DNA from: Carcharhinus amblyrhynchos
Lineage: Eukaryota
Direction: 5' to 3'
NCBI GenBank assembly: GCA_965287045.1
Contig: OZ336878.1
Location: 60,078,001-60,142,000 of the forward strand
DNA: 64,000 nucleotides
Each line of letters starts with the position of its first letter. The stretch's first letter is position 1. Made by a program: the position numbers and the translations under genes. Under the pieces are notes generated by a model. That model searched no databases. It was not told where the DNA came from and saw only the letters and a list, made by a program, of their open reading frames with translations. Shown piece by piece: positions 36,301 to 49,588 of this stretch.

Positions 36301-39300
36301 ACAGAGTCCCAACAGAAATTAAACACAATCCCATTGTTAACGCTGGATCATTTTTCCTATGACATTCAGTTTTGTTCTGGTTAAGCCTTCTGAGATACTG
36401 CATTTTTTCTAGTAATTTCCCCGTAGAAATTGGTGCTTTATCGTTGCTTAATTGAAATACATCTCCCTTGCTTTAACAAAGTCGACCTCCCCCCACCCCC
36501 TCGGGCAATGAAAACGAGATGCTAGGTTCATACAGAGTTAACTGCAGATATGTGCAAAACCCGATTCCGATTACTCGCTTTTAAAATCAATGTTGTAAAA
36601 TCCCAGCTCATGAACAAAAGCGCATGCAACGCATGTGCTTCAGGTAAAAATACAACGAGCGGGAGAGGCAATTAGCCCAGAACTGTGTAAAAGTCATTCA
36701 TAATTCGCGATGTTTTAATAGCTTTATTTTTCTGTGGCGGAATATTTTTTGCTCCTTTTTTAAGGTTCCCTTGTGCGAATACGAGAACGAGAAATGCAAC
36801 AGTTTGGAACTGATCGAAACCGGTTTGCATACACGTGATGTGCAGTAGTTTTCCATTCAAATGGACCTGATCCTATAGATTGCAACTCATTCGGGAAGAG
36901 AACTGCCTGGGAAGCAGCGCTGTTCCCCAGTTTACTAAGTCCTAGATGGTAACGATATCAGACACTCACCCAACGTGAGTGGAAAAGCCCGGACCATCCT
37001 ATGCAAAATCAATGCGAGGTTTAACCGTCTAGACCTTATGATCAACTTCTTGAGCTTCCAGAATGGTTTAGTAAATTATTCAGAAACCGGCTTCCTGTGT
37101 GTATAAACATATGTGGATTAATTGGTCAATTCTGTGACTACAACCAGATTTATCGTTTGAATCTATGCATTTTGCATTGGATCGGATTCTAAGTTTATTC
37201 GCGGCGTGTTTTTGTACAAGGTCTGTTTATATGTAACCGCGTAACTTTAATGAAATGCAACCCATTTAAAACGCTACATTACGAATACTGTTTACACAAT
37301 AGTCAAAACCATCCCCTTTTTAAATTCTCAGTTTATAATTTGAATTGATTACCTTTGTGAATAATGACTTCAATGGTACGTTTTTAAGAAGAAAGGCAAA
37401 AAAATCTCAAATTGTATCCTTTTCATTTTAAATCAGGCGTCAGTATTAAATGTACCTATCGCACACAGGTCCAAGACATCAGGATTTGTTTGGACAACTT
37501 AAAATGCTATTTTTTAGTGAATTAGTGCTTACGGAGTCTGCACTCAGATGTGTACACACAGGCTAAAAATACTGATTGTCATTTGCATAACCACAGCCCC
37601 ACACAAGCTGCAACTGAATGCCAGAACAGTACTGTGATGCTATTTTCCAAACTCACCTATTAAAGTCGTCTAGCACAACATTCCATGCAGCATAGGGGAA
37701 ATACTGCTATTCTGACAAAAACTCTGCGTCTGGAACTTGATCTCTTTTAACAATCTTACTGTGTTTTCAATAATTTAGCTTTACTTAACATTTCTCATGT
37801 TTTCAATTTTTCACATTTGAGTTAGCAGCACTCCTGTAAATGGTCAGAAAAAACTGGGTACTTTGGTTTCGTATTTTATTTTTAAAGTACAGTACCCATA
37901 TTATTTTATAAACCTGTAATTTAAGCACAAAATTTAAAAGCAGGCTTTAAGGCCAGTGATGAAATAAGTGGGGGGATCACAAGAAGTATTTGCATGATAT
38001 TTGTTCAGCTAAATAATCTCCAAAGTCCTCTAAGTGTCATCGTTGCTTGATTCCATGCAACTTCTGTGTAAACATTCTCCTTAGGGATGGGTTTTAACTA
38101 TGGAAGATTCAGGATCAGCCTATCCTTTCTGGCAGATTCAACAACTTGTTACACAAGCCAGAGATGTGCACAGTGTGCCAGGGCACTATTATTACTGTGT
38201 TTGGCAAGCCCAGCATTGGAATTTGGAAGGCCCCTGTCCCTGGAGCCTGAGACTCTTCGGTATTGCTTCCAGATTCCTCTTAAAGAAGTGGGGCTGTAAT
38301 CGGACAGTCAATTCACTCATGTCCTAAATAATTTTAGCCCTTAAGATCCAACAATACTCCTTCATGCTAAATGTTATGGATCATACTGTGGGAGGAGAGA
38401 GTGCCTCAAATGAGACAAATGGAATCTATATTTTGATGAATTTCTCAATAGTTTAGTTTTGAAAATTCTTACACCTGATGTTTGGTTTAATAGATTTGAG
38501 ACCAAGAAAAGAAAAGGAGCATGTGATCTTCAGAATGCATTCATTGGCCAGCAAAACAATTACAAATAACTGTGACCAGAAATAAATAAATGATTAATTA
38601 ATTAATAGATAGCTTTATTGGTCTTTAGACAAAACCAAAATTTCCAAGCCATACCCATTGCAGGCATTGTATCCATACAGATCTAAGAGCTTTTCAAAGA
38701 TTCAGCATTACTTTTTTCTCAAGCCCTAAAACTGCTTGTGTAGGTAAATGGAACTTAGAACAACATTCATACATCTCATTTTCTGTGCAAAATTAATTAT
38801 TGGTGAGGATGTCAAGTCCCTGGGATATTAAAGGTGGTAATTAGTCCTATGTCTTCCCCAGGAACACATTATTTATCTGTTTTCAGACAGGTTTTCAAAA
38901 TCCTTTTGGCAATGGATAGATGCATACATTGCAATGCCTCCTTGAAAATGAGAGAAAAAAAGACTCTATACTGTTGCTTTCTAAACTTTGAAAGCAAAAT
39001 CACACAGTTGTTCTTTCATGACTTAAAGTGCTTACTTGTCAAAGCATGAGATTGTATACAGTCATGATCTTTGTGACTTTTTTCTGTGCAGTTCTGCTTA
39101 GTCTTTCACTTCTAGAAATGATCTATTAGTTACACAATTTTATGGATGACTAAAAGTAATCTTCAAGTCCTTGCACTTGCTTCTACACTGTGTGTCTCTT
39201 TGGATGTCTTTTCAAAGTGCAGTATTTATATAATGCAGGATGTGAGTTTCAGCCATCACTGGAAGTCCTGAAACACAAATCAAACCAATGAAATCCAAAG

Positions 39301-42300
39301 ATTTTGCCAGTCTTTCGCTGTTTGACTCTTAGCTATCTTTCATTCTACTGGTCATGCTATTCAATGAATACAGTCATTCAACAGAAGATTGAAATAATTG
39401 ATTCCATAAATCTCTTCAATTGGAGCCTCTACAGCCAGTTCAACACCAAGAACTAAGCAACTGCAGGTAACAAATGAGCTTAGAAACTCAATCTTAAACA
39501 GCGGTGACTTCTTTAGTTTATTCAAACATCACTGCGCATTCTTATCTAAATTTCTTGCAGCTCTCTCATTGTCCCACAATTTCCAAAGTTTCCAGAAGAT
39601 CTAAGTCAATTATACTGCCTGCGGCTCTATTAATAAAAGTTCAATCAAGCCCAGGAAGGCAGTGATCAGTTTATATTTTCAAAACATGTCATGCAGATAC
39701 AAATCAATGTACACAGGTTACGGAGGATTGTGTTTTCATTAATGAAAATATGTGTTGATTCCCTATTATTTTTATTCAGAACACCCTTCACTATCAAATG
39801 TGCACAACTTGCCTTGTGTCCCACGATATTTTGTCAGTTTTCATTCTCAAAATTACTTTTTTCTCTGTTTTTTTTCTTCTAACAAATATATTTACACATT
39901 AGTTTATACTTTAAGTGGAGGGATCCTCGCAAACTTTGATATTTTTGCAAACTGAGCATTCCAGATAGGGACTCTCCAAAGCTGGTGCCTCTTTGAAATA
40001 TTATATATCTATTGCTCACTGGTTCTGGAATTGGGGAGTTGAGAACAAACCACAGATTCAACGAGGCTGCCCAAGGTCAGTCCAGGGTTCACATCTCCAT
40101 GTTCTGGCGTAACCCACCTATCACGTTCAGAAATGTGTTTGTCTAGCAATCAAGGTCACTTTCAATCACAATCAAAATTTCACAGAAAGATGCTTCCAGC
40201 AATTGGTTGCATTTTGTAAAATGTTTGGTTTTAACATTTGTAATTTACCCTTTTTTTTCATTAGACAGGTATGAGAACAAAGTTGTTTGCAACTGGTTTT
40301 AGGGGATCTTAAGTTACACACAGAAGGTAGCAGTGCAACTATATCCATTTTAACTCTGTCACTGCCTAACTTTCATTTAGTTTTTTTTATCAATTCTACT
40401 TTGTATTAATTAATCTGAATTAAAGTTTTGAATTATGATTCAATTGCCGTATTGCCATACATCTCCCAGCTTCCTAACCACAATCTAGGACAAACAAACC
40501 CAAATTGTGATAATGTGAAACATATGCCATTACATAAATTGGAATACAGGTTGCTACACTATGAACTTTCCAATACAGATCCCGCAAGCATGGCTATAAG
40601 ACAGAAAACATGGTAAAATAATAAAGCTTTTAGTATTCAACTGTGAACTGTGGGCTGACCCTTTTGAAAAGCCCTGTGTGATCAATAGTTGACCATCTGC
40701 TGTGACTTGCTGCTATATTTCCAAACTATGGCATTGTGTGATCTGTGAGCTCACAAGTTTCTGTCACACACCAAAGATAATGTGGCCAGCAAGCTAATGT
40801 TGGCTGTTGCAGTGTACCACTTTGATTCTTCTTACTTTTCAATGAGGATGCCTTGATCCCTCTGTGCACCCTTACCTACTTTGTAGAAATGAGTGTTCAT
40901 AATGTTCAATGTTACTTGATATCCTACCTCCACTCTTGCCTTTCACTGGGTGTGTTTCACCATTCAGCATGCACTGTGCTAAGATAAACATTGGCAAACA
41001 TCAGTTTGGATTGCTTCCACCAATTAACTATCCCCACACAGAGATCAATCCACTTAATGATTAGTCACAGAACTTTTATCAGAGTCCGAGTGTGATCTGT
41101 TTCAAATTGCCACAAAAAAATCAAGTCTCTATCTAAACAGCCAGTGTTGCCAATTTCTTTCATTCTCCACATTCTGAAAAATGACCAAGTGGATGTTACA
41201 TGTGATATCTTCATAGTTCATCGGAATACCAACTCTCACTGGCTCATCTTTGAAGAATAACCATTTGGGTACAATATCAAGAGGTGACCAAAACAAGTGG
41301 AGCCACCAATATTGGTTTCCCTTTAGTCTCATGCCCAAAGAACGCTTTTAATCTGAGCCAGCCTATTCAACTGAGAGGTCATCAATGGTAACTTAATGAT
41401 CTTCTCACCTAATATACTGAGGAACTTGCATTCCTCAGTATGTGATACTAGATAGGGATTTCAAATATTACACAGAAGCACTGACATAATTTGTATCATC
41501 CTAGCCAAGTTCAGCTATCTCAGTGCAGATGAAGAATCAAACCTGAAACTACCCTGGCCTGTACAGCTCAGTACCAAAGCAGATAGTGAAACTTCTAATG
41601 AAACCACTAAGCAGCCTTATTTTCAGTTTTTATGAGTTGTATTTCCTCATTTTTAAAGGTCATTTTGTATTGCCTTTAAACTTGTTCAAAAGAAGGGATT
41701 TTTTCAGTTCAAATGGAAAAAATTAGACCATAATAGGTTCCTCGAAGTTTCCTTTGATCAGTGGCCAATGTAAAGGGCAGTTTCAGGCTCAGGATGCTTC
41801 ATTAGTTACAGGATGAATGTTTCTTTATCTATTTCCAATTAGATGTATCATATTGAAATTAAGAAATTGCTTATTGCAGTTGAGACCGAAGTTAGTACCT
41901 GAAAGGCCTGAGATCTCCCTCCATGATGCTCAAAGTCATTCTGCTTTCAGTTTTTTTAAAGGTCCATGATTCTGAAGGTACTCACGATTTGTAATGTGTG
42001 CCCTCCTCAGCCAATGTAGTTCGGCTCAAATCCATTCAAATGTGGACACTGGGATTAAATTTTACCTGAGCTCAATCAGTATTCCTAAAATGCTCTCAAG
42101 GTTTTATAAAAATAGAGGGCGGGGTACAGCAGGAAGTCGTATGAATGGGGAACATAAGAGGGGCAACAGTGGTTTATACAAAGGATACACTCTGGGGATC
42201 TACTGGGGTGCAGATGGCAAGCATGTTACCGGTACACAATATAGTAGAGAATGTACTGGGGGCGGGGAATTTCCATTTCTCATTTCTCCAAACTTTAAGG

Positions 42301-43829
42301 TATGTTCTTAGTCTATGGTCTACTCCTTATTTGCATCCTGTAACCTCTACATCCCACAGTGCATTATTTATACCAGCGCCTTTGCTGCCCCCATAGTGAA
42401 TTGCGGTGTCACTCCATTCCAGTTGTGCTGAGTCAGGCTGCGGGCAGGGAAGCTGTGGTATTAATGAGCTGTTACAGGAAGTTCCCTTTTAACAGGATTG
42501 CCTTTGAGGTTACTGAAATCTAATGGTTGACATGACCAAAACAAATAGTAACAAATGTACGTTTTAAACAAATACGCATTAAACAAGCCAATGTTTTCAA
42601 AAAAATTAGACAAATTAACGAGTAGCCTTGTAACCTACATCTAACGATGTGGTTGCAAGTGGGAATCTCATTAAATGCACTACAGTATTATGTAACAAGC
42701 CACATTGGGAGGTCATACACTTATATTTTAAAATAAAACTTAAACTATTAACACTGAATTTAACCTGTTTCTCACCCCCTCCGTCAAAAAAAACCTGGCG
42801 ACTCCGTGTCCTGCCATAGTAATTTTTTATTGAACTGGCCTGTTCCTTGTGTATGGGACTTTGTATGGCAGGCCATTCGATTAGATGGGGCATTTCAGTT
42901 CGATTTAATTGCCATCTGACACTTTGTAGCAGGAGTAACTGGATAGTCGTGGGGATTGGAAACCTTGATTCATTCTTGCCCATCCCAAGACAGAAGTAAG
43001 ATTCCTGCTGCTCCCTACTGGGAATCAAACCTGGGGTCTCCTTGGTGTGCACTGAGCTTGGGACTTCACCAGGTGACGCATGTTGCCATTGCAGTCAGAA
43101 GAGCAGACACCCTGCAGACCGCCTGCCTTAGAAACTCACTGTCAACAGATGTACGGTTGCAGAATCCTGCTTGAATGGACATTATGTACTTTGATGATTT
43201 CACAGCACACACCCACACATTTATCATGAAACAACAGTGATTAAACTAGAGGACATGTGTACAGACCCCGAATTCTGCACTATGAAGGTCATTGCTGTAA
43301 CGCTAACTTCCCAGAAAAGCAAGGAATGCTCTGTTGACCAATGAAGTGAGCGTGCCGTGCAGCATTTGTATCCCTGTAGTTTGAACCTCTGTATTTTTTT
43401 TGAGTCACACTCCATGAACTATGCACTGAATCAGGCCATAAGGACATGCAGGTCACCTCAGTATTCTGCCAATATTGTCTTCAACATTCCCTTTGAAATT
43501 ATGCAAGAATAAGGCTCCTGGTATCATGTTTCCCAATTTCCTTAAGTCACTTCTCGCCTCCAAATGATTCGCCTACACTGGATGCCTCGTCGTAACAAGG
43601 TCAAGATCTATGCGGAATGGAGGAACTGATATTGTATTTCCCATTCCTCTCTTGGACCGCTTGCCATGCTGCAGTATGCTCCTGTTTGGATGAGGCACAC
43701 ATGGGCAATGATGTGGTGACATTTTGCCTAAAAAAAACCTCTGCTATCGGGGCTTTCACGCCCTCGTCCCAAAGCGGTTCAGAGCCACTGAAATTCGTTG
43801 AAATGTCGTTACTTTTGTGGGAAGTTAAG

Positions 43830-44125
43830 CAGCCAGCATAATCAAGGACATCACGCAGCCCGGATATACTCTCACCTTCTTCTGTCGGGATAAGGATACA
43901 AAAGTCTTAAGTCAGGTACCAACCGACTCGAGAAAAGCTTCTTCCATGCTGCTAGCAAACTTTTGGATGGACCTACCTCGTATTAAGTTACTCTTTCTCA
44001 ACACCGTAGCTATGACTGTGATACTACATTCTGCACCCTCTCTTACTATGTGCTTTGTGGGTATAGCGTGCAAGAAACAATACTTTTCATTGTATCTAAT
44101 ACATGTAATAATAATGAATCAAAAC
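43830..44125 (+). mobile_element. Rex1-like LINE 3' end
   Basis: GCAGCCAGCATAATCAAGGAC...ACCAACCGACTCGAGAAAAGCTTCTTCC...CTAATACATGTAATAATAATGAATCAAA, homologous to 31415-31685. Another tail lies at ~54100-54270. Confidence 0.75.
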
Positions 44126-44629
44126 CATCTCCCTAGATGGTTTATCCAGTCATAGAGCAGATTTGGCATACAATCCGTACTGAGCCAGCTAACCTTAAAG
44201 GGGACAGTGGGAGGGACATACAATTAGCTTAATCACTTTGAGGATCAGGTAAGGGTCCTGCTGCTGATGGCTATCCAAGCACTCTTGCTGAGGTTAGGGG
44301 ATAGACACTAGGTAAGGATAGAACCCAGTAAAGCTATGTTCTCAAACAAAAATAGAAAATGCTGTTTTTGGGGCAAGAATAGAACCAATGTTTTGAGTCT
44401 GGATGCTGTGACGAAGGGTCTTGAGTCTGGAAGCTGTGACCAAGGGTCATCCATTCTCCAAACATTGGCTTTATTCTCTCGTCACAGACTGTCAGACCTG
44501 CTGAAATTTTCTGGCATTGTTTGTGTTTCAGATTCCAGCATCCGCAGTATTTTGCCTTTATCACAGCTACGTTCTCCCTGTGTACAGCTTTTTAGCCACA
44601 GGTGATTCAAGCCCTTCCCTTTTCACTTC

Positions 44630-44945
44630 TTTTTTCATTCAGGGAATGTGGGCATCGCTGAGGGGCCGGGGGAGGTGGAGAGCACTTATTGCCCATCCCT
44701 TAGTGAGTGGCTATATTAAGAGTCGACCTGTTGATCTGGAGTCACATGTAGACATGGAGTCACATTAGTGAACCAGATTGTATTTTATGACAATGGACAA
44801 TGGTTTCATGGCCATCATTAGAAATTTGTTGAATTCAAATTTCAACCTACTGCAGCACAATGCATTCACAATTGGATTCAAACCTGTGTCCCCATAGGAT
44901 TGCCCTAGCCTTCTGGATTACTAGCCCAGTGCACAACTGCCTCCT
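44630..44945 (-). mobile_element. tRNA-derived SINE
   Basis: Homologous to 18468-18815. Confidence 0.7.
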
Positions 44946-45412
44946 CCAAGGCATCCTCTCTCTTGTTTAGGGTAAATCCAGCTATGTACAATCTGATAGG
45001 TTTATTTGATCTTAAATATAGCTTCAAACTTACGTATAGTCCTGGAACAGGATCAGAATTTTCTACTTCCATAACATCAACTAGCCATCCAACCTTCCTT
45101 CCTTCCTCCCTCCCCCCACCCAACCCCCCATCCCAGCCTCTACTCAAACTCTCAGCAGTCGGAGCCTCAAAGCCTCACTGGCCTTGCAGGTTTAACCCAC
45201 CAGCAAATCATTCAACCTTTGTCCTGTCCATTCAATGTCTTTGTAAACTTAGATTGACTCCCTATCCCCCGTGCAGTGATTTTAAACTTGTTTTCACTCT
45301 TTAGTAACAGTACTGTGATCTTCTTACACTCTGCTCCAAGCTGGCAGTGTTCTGAGTGACTGGGAGTCCCCCAGAAGAGACATTGCTCAAAGTTCTGCAC
45401 TGGCATTTTTAT

Positions 45413-45515
45413 GATGTGGGTATGCCGGCATTGGACTGGCGTAAACACAGTAAAAAGTCTGACAACACCAGGTTTTAGTCCAACCTAAAACCTGGTGTTG
45501 TCAGACTTTTTACTG
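45413..45515. mobile_element. Minimal fold-back Penelope derivative with 14-bp TSD
   Basis: Perfect 31-bp inverted repeat 45448-45478 / 45485-45515; TSD ACTGGCATTTTTAT at 45399-45412 and 45512-45525. Confidence 0.9.
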
Positions 45516-45859
45516 GCATTTTTATCCAGATCTTTCTTCCTCATGCAACTTCTCAAAACTCTTGTGGATGCTTGCTGTTTTTAAGGAATTTTATAAATTG
45601 AGATTCTTGTTGAACAATCTCAATGTGAAAGAGCAGAGCTATGTAAAGACAACCCCTCTCCACCCGAAGCAGCTAAAGAAGGACTAGCTACCAGAGACAT
45701 TAATAAACTGGTGGCAGAAATCTTCACCTCAAAGTCTACACGATTTACAAACATAAAGAGCCCTTGAATTGGTTAGAAACAAGCTCAGCACCACAGAGCA
45801 GCAATCCTACTGATTATTCAACATTTTTCTCCTCAGCCCAGATTCCAAATTCAGACTCG

Positions 45860-46470
45860 ACCCCAAACCCCAGCCCTCGCTCTGAACCCAGCTTCAACCC
45901 CAACCCTGATCCCACCACCAGTGCCAGACCCAAGCCCTGATCCCCCAACCTTCAACAACAGCCCTAACCCTAAACCCAACCCCAACCTCAGCCCTCACCC
46001 CAGCTCCAAGGTCAAATCTAACCTTGACCACCAACTCCCAACAACAGCCCTGACCCCAAACCCACCCCCAGCCCTGATGCCAGACCCAAGCCTGACCCCA
46101 ACCTCAACTCCAGTCCTGACCCCAACCCCAGCCCTGATGCCAGACCCTAGCCCACATCCCTGATCCCTGCCCCAACCCTAACCCCAGCACCAGCCATGAT
46201 ACCAGCTTCGATTCCCGAACCTAGCCCCCATTGCTGAGCCCAACCCTGATCCTGGCCCCAGTCCCAAGCCCAACCACAATTACAGCCCCAACTCTGACCT
46301 CAGCCCCGATTCCTAATCCCAAACCTGACCCCAGTCCTGACCAAGGCCCCAGCCCCTAGCCCCCACCCCGACCCTAAGCCCTGCCCCAATCCCTGACCCC
46401 AGACCATGACCCCAGCCCCAATTCAAGATTTTGACACAATCCTAATCCGCAGCCCGAAGCCAGCCCAGGC
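45860..46470. repeat. Degenerate hexamer repeat (CCCTGA/CCCCAA/CCCCAG/CCCTAA)n
   Basis: About 600 bp with 6-bp periodicity, resembling telomere-variant repeats; G-rich on the minus strand. Confidence 0.8.
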
Positions 46471-46519
46471 TCATACCCCCTCTAGCAGCCTAGGCCTCTT
46501 CACCCATGGCAGCTTTAGT

Positions 46520-48735
46520 ATCCACCCCAGTCTCATTGTCCATCCAGGTCTCACTGCCCACCCTGAGTGCCGTGTCCACCCCAATTTCACTGTCCACCCC
46601 AGTCTCACTGTCCATCCTGATCTCACTGTCCACCCTGGTCTCACTGTCCATCCTGTTCTCACTGTCCATCACGATCTCACTGACCATCCCAGTCTCACTG
46701 TCCATCCCGGTCTCACTGTCCATCCTGGTCTTACTGTCCATCCCGGTCTTACTGTCCAGCCCAGTCTCACTGTCCATCCAGGTCTCACTGACCATCCCAG
46801 TCTCACTGTCCACCCAGTCTCACTGTCCATCCTGGTCTTACTGTCCAGCCCAGTCTCACTGTCCACCCCAGTCTCACTGTCCATCCTGGTCTTACTGTCC
46901 AGCCCAGTCTCACTGTCCATCCCGGTCTCACTGTCCATCCTGGTCTTACTGTCCAGCCCAGTCTCACTGTCCAGCCCAGTCTCACTGTCCATCCTGGTCT
47001 CACTGTCCACCTGGTCTTACTGTCCAGCCCAGTTTCACTGTCCAGCCCAGTCTACTGTCCAGCCCAGTCTCACTGACCACCCCAGCCTCACTGTCCACCC
47101 CAGTTTCACTGTCCATCCCGGTCTCACTGACCACCCCAGTCTCACTGTCCATCCCGGTCTCACTGTCCACCCGGTCTTACTGTCCACCCCAGTCTCACTG
47201 TCCATCCAGGTCTCACTGTCCACCCGGTCTTACTGTCCAGCCCAGTCTCACTGACCACCCCAGTCTCACTGTCCATCCAGGTCTCACTGACCACCCGGTC
47301 TTACTGTCCAGCCCAGTCTCACTGTCCACCCCAGTCTCACTGTCCATCCAGGTCTCACTGTCCACCCAGTCTTACTGTCCAGCCCAGTCTCACTGACCAC
47401 CCCAGTCTCACTGTCCATCCAGGTCTCACTGACCACCCGGTCTTACTGTCCAGCCCAGTCTCGCTGACCACCTCAATCTCACTGTCCATCCTGGTCTCAC
47501 TGTCCATCACGTTCTCACTGTCCACCCAGACTCACTGACACCCCAATCTTACTGTCCATCCTGGTCTCACTGTCCATCACATTCTCACTGTCCACCTGGT
47601 CTCACTGACCACCCCAGTTTCACTGTTCTTCCAGTCTCACTGTCCACCCCAATTTCATGTCCATCCAGACCTCACTGTCCACCCCAGTTTCACTGTCCAT
47701 CTTGGTCTTATTGACCACCCCAGTCTCACTGTCCAGCCCAGTCTCACTGACCATCTTGGTCTTATTGACTACCCCAGTCTCACTGTCCATCCCGTTCTCA
47801 CTGTCCACCCAGTCTCACTGTCCATCTTGGTCTCACTGACTATCCCAGTCTCACTGTCCATCCCATTCTCACTGTCCACCTGGTCTCACTGTCCACCCCA
47901 GTTTCACTGTCCATCCCAGTCTCACTGTCCACCCCAGTTTCACTGTCCATCCCGAACTCACTGTCCACCCCAGTTTCACTGTCCATCCAGGTCTCACTGT
48001 CCACCCCAGTTTCACTGTCCATCCCGGTCTCACTGTCCACCCCAGTTTCACTGTCCATCTTGGTCTTATTGACCATCCCAGTCTCACTGACCATCTTGGT
48101 CTTATTGACTACCCCAGTCTCACTGTCCAACCCGTTCTCACTGTCCACCCAGTCTCACTGTCCACCCCAGTTTCACTGTCCATCTTGGTCTCACTGACTA
48201 TCCCAGTCTCACTGTCCATCCCATTCTCACTGTCCACCTGGTCTCACTGTCCACCCCAGTTTCACTGTCCATCCCGGTCTCACTATCCACCCCAGTTTCA
48301 CTGTCCATCCAGGTCTCACTGTCCACCCCAGTTTCACTGTCCATCCGGGTCTCACTGTCCATCCAGGTCTTACTGTCCAACCAGGTCTCACTGTCCACCC
48401 CAGGCTCCCTGTCCACCCCAATCTCACTTCCATCCAGGTCTCACTGTCCACCCCAATCTCATTTCCATCCAGGTCTCACTGTCCACCCCAATCTCACTTC
48501 CATCCAGGCCTCACTGTCCACCCTAGGCTCCCTGTCCACCCCAAACTCACTGTCCATCTAGGTCTTTCTGTCCACCTTGGTCTCACTGTTCTTAGTGCCC
48601 ACCCCAGTCTCACTGTCCATCCTAGTCTCACTGACCATGCCAGTCTCACTGTCCAGCCCATTCTTACTGTCCATTGGTCTTACTGTCCAGCCTGGTCTCA
48701 CTGTCTAACCTCATCCCCGTTTCACTGTCCATCCT
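46520..48735. repeat. 18-bp minisatellite, consensus TCTCACTGTCCA(C/T)CC(C/T)(A/G)G, roughly 120 units
   Basis: Directly visible tandem array with occasional 17-bp units and higher-order periods. Confidence 0.97.
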
Positions 48736-48829
48736 GGCAGCAGGGGCTGGTTTTGTAGTGGGAGGGAGTCTCTGCTCTGGTGGATCTGAAGTCACTTCAT
48801 TCCTGTCTGGCACATCACCTTCTTCTTGT

Positions 48830-49190
48830 CATCACACTCTCATCGCCATAGGCTCCAACCTTCTTCCTTCATCCCATTTTGTCTCTTGGCTTTTTGCTGT
48901 TCTTTTCTGTCCCTCCCTCTCTATCCTTTCACTGGATCGTTTTATTTTATCTGGTTTCTCTCTATTTCTTTCACTCCCTTCTTTTCTCTCCCACCCCTCC
49001 GATCTTTCTTTCACCCACCCCCTTCTTGTTTTCATCTTCTTTTCTGCTGTCACTCTCAGGCTCTTTTCCATCACCCTTCTTTATTTCTCCGTCTTTTTCT
49101 CACCCACTCGCTTCATTTATCCACCTTTGTCCCACCCATTCTCTCTCCGTCGTCTCCCTGTCTGGTTCTTCCCTTTTTATCTCTGTTGGG
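48830..49190. repeat. Polypyrimidine low-complexity tract
   Basis: Predominantly C/T on + for about 350 bp. Confidence 0.8.
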
Positions 49191-49569
49191 TTTATCCATG
49201 TTCCAGCCGCTTGATATTATATTGTTCCCAACACTGGGAAGTTGTGGCAAGGAAAAAAGTTTTCTGTTATATTTTTGCAGTTCTTCTCTTTAGCCTGGTT
49301 GTAAGATGTTAAGTCCCAAATATTTGAATCTACACATTTTACGCAAGATTTATTCACAGTCAGCAAATGAAATGTTTTGAAGAGCCCCCAGTGCAAAAAA
49401 ACAAACTAAAAATCGAACTTAAAGCCTTGCAAAGTGCGCCATGTGCCTCTCTGTAAAGGGAGAGTGAGGGAAGTGGAACAATAAAGCGGTACATACATTG
49501 TGTAAATTACATTGCGATAAAGAATATGTTCGACCAGGAGCTTGAGAAATGCATTTCAAGTGTGAGCGA

Positions 49570-49588
49570 TGCGCCATCTGGTGGCAGC
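49570..49588 (-). promoter_or_regulatory. Strong CTCF-like motif
   Basis: Minus strand reads GCTGCCACCAGATGGCGCA, matching the CTCF core CCACCAG(A/G)(T/G)GGCGC, in a locally CpG-retaining non-repeat patch. Confidence 0.6.

Noticed and set aside
46406-48526. Long repetitive ORFs such as (HPGLTV)n, (SIPVSL)n, (PSRSHC)n, (MDSETG)n and (WTVRPG)n
   Set aside because: They are by-products of an 18-bp unit that is stop-poor in most frames. 17-bp units shift frame repeatedly, and I see no splice or codon evidence.
46520-48735. CRISPR-like array or RSS heptamer array (GACAGTG versus CACAGTG)
   Set aside because: There are no unique spacers or cas genes, and the DNA is eukaryotic. The heptamer lacks the essential CAC and has no nonamer.
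48674-49312. 212-aa hydrophobic 'membrane protein' ORF and overlapping ORFs
   Set aside because: They are translations of a polypyrimidine tract (F/L/S/P bias) that is open in all three frames.
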